A stretch of 64,000 nt of DNA, from positions 285,386,001 to 285,450,000 of the forward strand of contig OZ024740.1 of the NCBI GenBank assembly GCA_964016885.1, given 5' to 3'. Positions 54,001-64,000 of the stretch are shown here, in pieces (the first letter of the stretch is position 1; each line of letters starts with the position of its first letter). The position numbers and the translations under genes are program-made. Under the pieces are notes generated by a model. That model was not told where the DNA came from. It was given only the letters and a program-made list of their open reading frames with translations, and did not search any database. This stretch comes from Eledone cirrhosa (taxonomy: Eukaryota).

Positions 54001-56940
54001 AGTCATGAGGGGCTGGTTATGACCGGTTTGAACAGAAAGTGGAGATAATTCTGGTTGAATGTGGCTGGCTTAAATGCTAAAGATTTAAGGGAGTCCTTGT
54101 TTTGAAATTGAGAGGATAATCTCAGTTGATTGAAGTGTTTCTGCTTGCCATATTTATCATGTAAGACTCTATTCTCTCTCTCTATCTCTCTCTGCAGTAG
54201 CTGGTAGAATCAGTCTACATTCTTGTTAGTTGTTAGTTGTTGTTTGTTTGTTGTTTTTGTGCTCAAGTTGACTTTATTTTTCTTCTTCTGGAAGTTGATA
54301 AAATAGGTATTGGAGAAATTACTGGGCTTGACATAATCCAGTAAAAATTCTCTAACGTTTGTGCTTCAGCATTGTATATAATCCATTGTTTGAAACTAAC
54401 AACAGAATATTTACTTACATTGCAAGGTTTATGTAAAATGATTTTAATATATCCTATTAAATAAGTTATGTCATTTTCTAGAACTATATTGGCATAAAGA
54501 TGGCTCTATTCTTAGAGGAGAGCATTTGAAATCTTGCAATGGTAAAAATTTCAATCTCATTTAGACAAAGAATTGGTTTAATTTTTTTTATTTTTTAAAT
54601 TCAATGAATAATATTGAAAAATGAAAGCTTGCAATCAAAAACCAAAATCCATGCAGAATAAAAGATTTTTTTAATAACAAAATAATGATTTACTCACTCC
54701 TCAAACATAATTTCTATCTATTGAAATTAATATATTTTATGGTGTATTTTAACTTTTAATGTCCTGTACTATATGAAACCACATTATCAAGACATTCTTG
54801 AAAAATACAAAACTACTATGACTGCTCTGCATAAAAAAATAAAGTTTTTACTTTAGTTTACAGTAAATTTTCAGAATTATCTGTCCACATATAACGATAC
54901 TATAAAATATTTGAATTAACAAACCTGATTCTAGATGTTATGTATCATCACAGGATATTACAAGTTAATTGTCCTATGGTTGATGAAGAAAAATAGGTGA
55001 GGATGAAGAATGAATATACCAATATTTTGTATGATTTATCTGTAATTTGTCAAAGTACTATTTTCTTATCGTCACAAATTTTTGCTTTGTTATGGATATG
55101 GAGACAACCTTTATTTGTAGTGGCCTTAGACAGACTCCCACTGTGAGCTTCTTTTGTAGGAACCCCTCCCCCCATGTTCATGGAGACACGTGGCTTCCTT
55201 GCTATAGTGCATGGAGGAAACATGCAAGCCACAGTGAAATCTTCCAATCTAGGAGAGCAGTAACTCTGAATAAAAACTGATCCAGCATAAAGAGGATTCT
55301 TTAGTCTTAGCAGATAAATTTCTCTATAGACTGGTGGCATGATAACCTGTCACCAGTCCATGCTGTAAGGTGGTTGAAGATGGAGCGTGTTCCAGCTTTT
55401 CCATGGGTTGACCTTATATTGCAGTACATCCAGGATTTAGCTGATTCTAATAATAATATATATCCTGATTTTTAGAATAGGTACACTGTATCCTTGTGTG
55501 AAATAAGGGTTGGTATCAACCAGAGCATCTGGTTGTAAAACACTACTTCAAAAAGTCCCATCTAATCTATGCTAGTATGGAAAAGAAGATATAACATATG
55601 ATGGTTGATGTAAATGTTAGTCTTGAAAATAGTTTCAGGTAGAAAAAAGGGTGAAAAAAAAAAAAATTCATTTTTGTCAATTTGCTAAAGGATAACCAAA
55701 TTTAGATATACATATTTATTTGACTGTAATTTTAATGGGTAGGTTTTTAAAAGTCTGTGTATTCTTTTATGCTAAAAAACAAACAAACATTATTCTCTTT
55801 TCTCACGTAATATTGTTACAATTTCTTCACGACTAATCCGTCAATCCTGCTTATTTATTTGCATTATTTTTACTGATATCTAGTGAGTTTTCTTTTAAGT
55901 TTTTTTTCTCAATGCTGAAGTGGCTATGACATGATCATGGCTAGACTAAATGTATGTCAGAAATTATTATATGTGAAGATATTGTAAATGGTTTTATATA
56001 CACCTTTATTTTAAAAAAAGTTATGTATACAGATTACAGTAGACTTGTAATAGGCTATTGTTGTCTATGAAAATAAAAAGTAGAAAAATTAAAATTCACC
56101 GTTGAGATGACTAATCTCAAGTTCTAATGATAATTGTTCATTGTTGCATAGTTTAAATATGTTCAAAACTGTGTCTTAGAGTCCAGAATTCAACTAAGTT
56201 CTAAAAAAATTGGAAATATCAACTAGTAATAAATGTGAGAATTGTTCAACAGGCCATGCAGCCACAGTGGTCAGACTTTATCAGTTAATATTTTTTGTTC
56301 TGAATATGAAAGCACACACAAGTCAACCTATTAACAAAACTACACTGTATGAATCAATATTTATATCCAATCAAATCTCCCATTTTTGGAGATGTGAAAG
56401 CAAAACTATACCAAATGAGACTGTATTTAAAAATTATTCATAAAAAGAACTGTTTCCAGTTTTAATTCTGTTACCAAGAGATTAAGACCCATGAAAAGGG
56501 CAATGAATAAAATTATATTACAAGGGCTTTGGAAGGATGTTTAGCCATGTTATAACACACCTTAGTTAGTTGAAATCTTGCTGATAGAATATAAGTGGTC
56601 ACATAAAAATTTCTGTGATTTGTAATAAAAGTGGTTATGTGTCAACTTGTGTGTTCTAGTAATGAAGTTGATGTTTCAACTGAAGAGAACAATAATATTC
56701 TCAGCAATTGTTTCCCAAGCAGAAAGTACTCTGGGACATGTCTTTCTGCAGTAAAATAACTGCAACAGAAGCAATAGTAACATTTCTTTGTGCATGCTGC
56801 TTTCATGGAGCCTATCAGATACACCGGAAAACTACATTCCCAAATTTTCTTAAAAGTATATTGTTTAATTAATACAATTAAAACAAGAATAATTAAGAAA
56901 GCAGACATTGTTTAGTCATGTGATTAAAAATTAGAATTAT

Positions 56941-57260
56941 TTAGTACTTTGATCCCTGTTGGCAATATTTGGTTCCAACTTTGATAAAAGAAGTTATAAA
57001 TCTCCATGCTGTACTACTTTCATTCAGTTTCTGTTCTTCATCAAAATTCAGGTTACTGTGCAAAAAACCTTTTTCCACTAAATATGATGATGAAAAAGCA
57101 ATAACAATTAGTTTGACTTCATTCCACAATAAAGGAAATTTCATACTGCATTGTAACGATATTCCACTCAAGCCTTGGTTTTCAAAAATCATCTGTACTT
57201 CGTCATTTTGTAAATCAATGATGGTCTTCTGCAATTCAATTTTTTGTTTTTCTATTTTGC
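56941..57260 (-). mobile_element. hAT (Buster-like) transposase C-terminal fragment
   Basis: KFPLLWNEVKLIVIAFSSSYLVEKGF, homologous to the C-terminus at 13500-13725. Confidence 0.7.
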
Positions 57261-58019
57261 ATATGAATGGGTTCCGGTTCAGGTGCCTTATGGTATACCG
57301 TGGTTGAAAGCTGGCAGCCACTACGTCATAAACTTGTGTGCTCGAATATGGAATTTGACATTGAGCTGAATAGAATGATTTGATTCTCAGCAATTGTTTC
57401 TCATTACAACAGGTCATTAAGAAAATACAAAGATCTCCCCCCCCCCCCCCCCCCCCCCCCACAGAATTTATACTTATGTGAGGGATACATTGAATAGAAT
57501 AAAGTAAATGTGCTCTACAATACACATTTTTTTCTTACAATTTTCGAAAAAAAATTTATAGAATTATTTTTTATAACATACTATTTCATTTTAGTACCAT
57601 TTTCGTTTTTAACTTTCTGCGTTCCCATTATGAGCAAGCAGAAAAATAGTGAATAAGAAGTAGTACCTACCACTCCAACAACAACAAAAGTGAAACAAAG
57701 AAATTGGAAACAAAATTTGCCAATATAGGCAACTTCAGATCATTGGCAACCCATGTATCTTTTCTTTGAAAATATTTCTTCCAATGGAGCTATGAAACCA
57801 TCATGTCTAAAATACTATTTTTTAAAAAGAATCACTCAGAAAAAAGTGTGTATTAAATGTTACAGTTACAAACAAAAGATGAAGGATGCATTTGAAAGAT
57901 ACACTAGTCAGGATATTTTAAAGAACTCAAACCAAAAAACTTGAGAATATAGCAGTATAGTTAACATGAAGCATTGAGGAATATGCAATAAGAACTTCAG
58001 AAGGCCAGTACAATGTGGA

Positions 58020-58496
<477 letters not shown>

Positions 58497-60587
58497 ATAT
58501 ATATAAAAAATTATATATATATATATATATAAAGGTAGTATTGGGGTAAAGGACAACAAATAATACAAAACAATATGGTTTTTTTATCCAGTATATTTCA
58601 TCATAATATTTCAAGGTAAAAAACTTTTCAACTGAAAATGAAAAACGATGTGTCCTCCTTCAACTGATTCCTGTGTTGTGTGTGGATTTTACATGTGTGG
58701 CACATAAGGATATCATCACATACCTGGAGAAGAAGGGGAAAGAGCAGCAGGTGGTGAACACTGTATGCTCGATCTGGTTCATGTGTGGCCTGAGAAGTGT
58801 AGAGAGAAACTATTTAACTAAAAGGATATTTATTTTGTCTAAGTGCTGTAGGGTTAAAGTTTTGCATTCTGTTGAGTATTTCATTAAAGCTATTTATGTG
58901 TCCAAGGAAGTTATGAAGAGTGGTTTGAGAAGCCAGGAGATTTTATAGAAAGGATCATCTATACCGGAAACAATAGATTTAACTTGACATTTGCTTTATT
59001 GCTTCATACAATTGCTTATCACAGTTGATAGTTAAATATGAAAAGACACGCTCTTGTAACTTATAACACCTTCGGTTTCTGAAATTCTTACCATGGTCCT
59101 TAAATATATTTTTAAATAAGTTCTTCCTGATGAAACAGATGATATTAAAAATCAGCTGTAAATGAATTTTCAGACAACTGATTTTAGTATACAGCTTTTA
59201 ATGAATCAAATATATGAAGCAACAAATCTTTATTAATGGCCTATAAGCAACTTGTTTAAAAAAAAAAAAGGAACGTTTATGAAGAAATACTCATCTGTAA
59301 ATTGTTGAAAACAAATACAAAAGGACAAACAATTTTTTAAGTATTAAAAACTTGTCTTGAAAATAACTTTCTCCTTCAATATGATATCATGTCTAACTTA
59401 TGGTGCACCAGCTATGACAGGTCACCAAGCTGGTCTGGTAATATATATATATGAAAAAGGAAATAGCTGATCCATTTGCATTTCAGTGTGTATCCACTGT
59501 GAAAATCCTGCAATAAAGAAGTTTTTGTGAGCAACAGTCTTCAAGACTAGCTTTAGTAAATTTTGATGTTAATAAAAACCAAAGCTGAAGCCTTAAACAT
59601 TAGGCTATTCCATCAGTTATGTGAACAAAATTGTGAACATTTTGAAAGACTGCTTCTCCACACTGAAGTTCATTGACTGTCAAAAATACTTCTTCCAGCT
59701 TTATGTCACTTATTAAATTTTTACTTATAAAATAGGATGGTCAACTAATAAAATACATGGGCTATATTTATGAGAAGATATGACCCATTTAGCCAATATT
59801 CATGACAAGATTAACTGTATAAATGGAAACAATTTTAATCTACATGGAAAAAATGCATTCAACTTTGTAAGCGTAATTAAATTGTGCAAGCAGAACCTTG
59901 GCAGAAGGGAGTTCTTTCAATTCCCATCTATAAAAAGTATTTCACAATTATTTACATAGCTGAAAAACCTACTGTGTACATTAATTGGTCAATGTTTTTG
60001 AGACAAGATTTCATGGTTTTATCAAACGGAAGATTTAACCTTACTGGGTTAAAAAAAAAAACAACCCATATACATGCAAAATAGAAGAAAAAATTGAATT
60101 GCAGGGGACAAAATGATTTTTTAACAGCAAGGCTGTGTGAAATGAAGTTACAATACAATAGGAAATTTTCTTTATTGTGAAATGAAACCAAAGTCATGTG
60201 GATGTAGAATGTGATTTTCCTCTGGCTCTGGTGGAGGTGCTTTCTCATCATCCTTTGTAGTAGACTAACTGCAATTTTAATCAAGAATGGAAGAAGTGCA
60301 GTATGGAGATTTAAAACTTTTATCAAAGTTGGAACTAAATATTACCAAACTTACTGCTAGTCATTGGCAACAAGGATCACATATCTTCTATCTCAATTAT
60401 TTGTATTTTAGCCATATTATTAAATAATGTCAGCTATCTTTATTCTTATTTTAATCATATTAGCAATGTACGTTATAAAGTAAATTAAGAAAGTTGTTTA
60501 CATTTAAGTTTAACTCCTAACATCCTGTACTGATTTAGCAGAAAATATCTATTTAAAAAAATAGGCTTCATTAATTCAAATGTTTAT

Positions 60588-61832
60588 ATTGGGTTGGAGA
60601 GAAAGTTCCAGCTGTTTTTCAAAAGGAGGTATTTTGGTAGAGTTTTCTGAAAATCTTGATGGTTGTGCATGCGCACATATACAAGATGTGATGTTGATAT
60701 GCACTGTGCATTTTTCATTTTCTGTTATGCTGTCAAAGGGGAAGAAACGTGGTTCTATCCAAATCAATTATTTATGGCTATTTACTTTATGACTTCGAAT
60801 CTGGCCTAAACACAGCAGCATGAAGTCATGTTAACAATGCATTTGGGTTACAGACTATGTTTGAATGGACTGCCAGAGATTGGTTCACATGCTTCCATTC
60901 TGGTGATTGCAGGCTTGAGGATCGACCTCATGCAATACATCCATCCAACTTTAATGGCAAGCAACTGCGTGAGCTGGTGGGAGCTGATACATGTCAGACA
61001 TCATATCAACTCTCTGAAATACTTGAGGCTTTGAAAACAACCATCCTCAATCACTTGCATGCAATAGGGAACGTGACCAAGCTGGACTAATGGGTGCCCA
61101 CACAATCTTACTGACCTTAATCATGAATGTTGTGCAGCAGCAGCTGACTTCTCTGCTCTCCTACCATTGCACAATGAACTGGTTACATTCTATTGTCACT
61201 GGTAATGAAAAATGGTGTCTCTACATTAATGTCAAGGCAAGTGGTTGTGAGTTGATAAAAGAGAGTGTGCCACAATGGCAAGCAAAGGCTGGCCTCCTCG
61301 CAAGACTCTACTGAGCATCTGGTGGGACTGGAAAGGTGTCATCCACTACAAGCTGCTCCCATCAAACACCAGCTTAATCTCTGACATCTATTGCCAACAA
61401 CTTGATGGATTAGCAACAAAAATCACACAGGTGTCCCCACACTGTGGTCCTGTTTGATTCCTTCATGTTAATATTCCGCTGCATATATCAAGGATGATCT
61501 GAGAAGCTGCTGGAGCTATTTGGGAGGTTCTGTCCCACCTGTTGTTTTTGCTCGACCACACACTTACAGACTATCACCTTTTTCTCTCAATGAGCAATGC
61601 AATGCAGTCAAAGACCTTCGCCAATAAAGTCCAGTTAAATCAGTGGTTGATGGAGTTTTTTGCGTTGAAGCCTAAAGGATTCTACAGGGATAGAATCATG
61701 TGCCTTCCTAAACGATGGCGGGGGGGGGGGGGGGGTAATTGCAAGTGATGGCGATTATTTTGACTTGTAAAATTTTTCTAATGTTAAAAACTGCCAAAGA
61801 CAATAAAACACCTGAAAAATGGCAAGAACTTT
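60588..61832 (+). mobile_element. Decayed mariner (DD34D-type) transposon
   Basis: WVPH, IVTGNEKWCLY, LLSIWWDWKGVIHY, YCQQL and TDYHLF motifs. Left TIR-like TTGGGTTGGAGAGAAAGTTCC after TA; right TIR degenerate. Confidence 0.85.
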
Positions 61833-62827
61833 TGGTTGGACAGACAGATTGTTGCAGAAATTAGTTACATTAGAGCAAAAACGTAAATTTTTAATATGAT
61901 GTAGTCATTCTGCTGTTTTGCACTTTTCAAGAGTGTCTTGTTAATGTGGCTTCATATGATACAGGGTGTTATGGGTTAATTTGATTTTTATTACTTACGG
62001 ATAAAAGTTGTTTGAGTGGAGACAGTAGTATGTAGCCAAATGTTTTAGGTAGACTTTTGATAAAAGAGATTGTGAAACACTGTTTTAGATAATCTGATAG
62101 GAGCACGTCAAGAAGTCATGCCTGCTTAAAGAACTGAACAAAAACTTGCGTAAAGAAAAGGAGCAAGCCGATAGCATACCTTGCAACACTTGACAACTTA
62201 GGAGACTTGATATTTTACAAATGTATACAGCTGAAAACTTGTCTTCTTGGTGACAGCAGTTATACATCATGCTTTAAAATTATATTTGAAAGACAAAGAA
62301 ATGCAGCTTTACTCAAATACTTCTAAAAGTTAATTAAAGTTTTTCCGATAAGCATTCAAATGAACTTGAACTATTTCTGTATTGGTTTGAAGGCAGAAGA
62401 AATGAAAATAGCAATGGCAGGCATCTTCCATTTTTTCCACAGAAAATGTGGAACATTTCTTGAATGACAATGATAGGACAGATTATCGTGCAGAAGCTGT
62501 GCACTGAAGACTGCTGGATAAACTATGTTTGGGGATTTATTAATAGTTTGAAAAAAGTTAACTGAGAAAAAAAAAGATCTATATTATGTACAGTTGATCA
62601 TGGGCCAAAATCTTCTAGTCAAGTGAAAACAATTCAGAGAAGCAAATGGAATAATCAAATCAATTGTCAGTAAATTAGTAAGTGGAAATTTTGTTGAACA
62701 CCTCGGAGGAATTACCCATAACTTGTCATAGTTATTTCCATTTTAACTTTATTATATATCTTTTTACACCAATAATGTACTTGTATAAATTATTTTGTTA
62801 CAAACAATTTGATTTTTCTTATTCTCT

Positions 62828-64000
62828 ATCATCATCATCATCATCATCATCACCGTTTTACGTCCGTTCTTCCACGCTAGCATGGGTTAGACGGGTTGTC
62901 CTGTTGTGGGCAGTGTCTGGTCGGCTGACCATGCCTTGCTCATACAGGAACTGATTTGGCTTGATTTCTACAGCTGGATGCCCTTCCTAACACCAACCTC
63001 ATTTACAGTGAGTGCTGGGTGCTTTTTCGTGGCGCCTACACGTCCACTTTACAGTATGGGCTGGGTGCTTTTTTGCCGTGGCACCTCCACGACGACCTTG
63101 CAGTGGGGGGTGTGGGGGTATATTGTCTATATGCTTCAGCTTGTACCCATGGGAGGTTGGGTACTCTGTATTACTGTGTGACGCCAGAGGTCACAGTCGT
63201 GTGTCATCGCCTTTGAGAGGTGTAATTGGGTAAGGCCGGCTTTTACACCTCAACCCAGGTCATCTTGGGTCTCCCCACTCCGCGACTTCTAGTGCTCTGC
63301 ACCTTTTTATGCAGCTGTCATCCTTCATACGCATCACATGTCCATACCAAATCAACTGCCTCTCCTGCACACAGCATTTGATTCCTCTTATGCTCAGTCT
63401 CTCTCTCAATTCATTTATGCTTTGTCGTTCGCGTATATTACTATTACACATCCATCGGAGCATGCAGGCTTTGTTTCTCTCTAATCTACGTAAGTCTTCC
63501 ACCTTCAGCGCCCAGGTCTCACTACCATGCAACATCGCTGTTCGGATACACGCATCATACAGTCTGCCTTTCATTTTGAGGGAGAAGCCTTTTGCAGCTA
63601 GCAGTGGTAGTAGTTCCCTAAACTTCTTCCATCCCGTTCTTACCCTAGTTATTGTACTTTCTGAACACCCACCTCCGCTGCTAATTCGGTCACCTAGGTA
63701 GCCGAAGCTGTCTACTGTTTCTACAGAACCCTCCCAGAGATTGGTGCATGTGGAGCCTACATTCTTAATTAAGCTTCCTGAGATCCGGCTACATCTCTTG
63801 TGTACCCATTGTTTGCATTTGGGGCAGAGAATGGAGTTCCTACCTACACTTTTCCTACATACTGAGCAAGGCCATTTCCCTGAGGGGATCTGGGTTCTGT
63901 CTTCTCGTCTACTTACAAGGACCTTAGTCTTTGTCATGTTGACTTGAGACCCTTTCTTTCTAGTCCCTGCTTCCAAGTTTGGAATTTCTTCTCTAGTTCT
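62828..64000 (-). mobile_element. Relatively young RTE family 1 copy running off the window edge, with PHD-like finger in the RT region
   Basis: ORF 63260-63976: KTKVL-[Cys-rich insert]-VDSFGYLGD...HGSETW...WYGHVMRM, followed by the long UTR and (ATG)n tail. Confidence 0.92.

Overview
AT-rich, intron-dominated animal genomic DNA. The repeat inventory (tRNA-derived SINEs, (ATG)n-tailed RTE LINEs, (TA)/(CA) microsatellites) suggests a coleoid cephalopod such as Octopus; this is inference. The only host coding sequence I can support is two + strand exons of a heat shock transcription factor (HSF1-like) DNA-binding domain, at 9018-9126 and 51195-51319, separated by one 42,068-bp GT-AG intron that splits the Tyr codon of the RQLNMY/GFRK motif. 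The remainder is transposable element sequence: two RTE LINE families, a young CR1-type LINE, DD37D (maT) and DD34D mariner elements, hAT (Buster/Charlie-like) remnants, three non-autonomous Helitron-like elements, TTAA-flanked MITEs and three SINE-like families, often nested. The most notable observation is that the dominant RTE family carries a C4HC3 PHD-like zinc finger inserted in its reverse transcriptase, seen in five separate copies and absent from the second RTE family. Other highlights are a twin-primed inverted RTE insertion with a TSD, a Helitron with a tandem array made from a captured repeat fragment, a recurrent insertion site in one repeat family, and near-identical inverted repeats bracketing the second HSF exon. 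Coordinates of decayed repeats are approximate, and all comparisons were made by eye.
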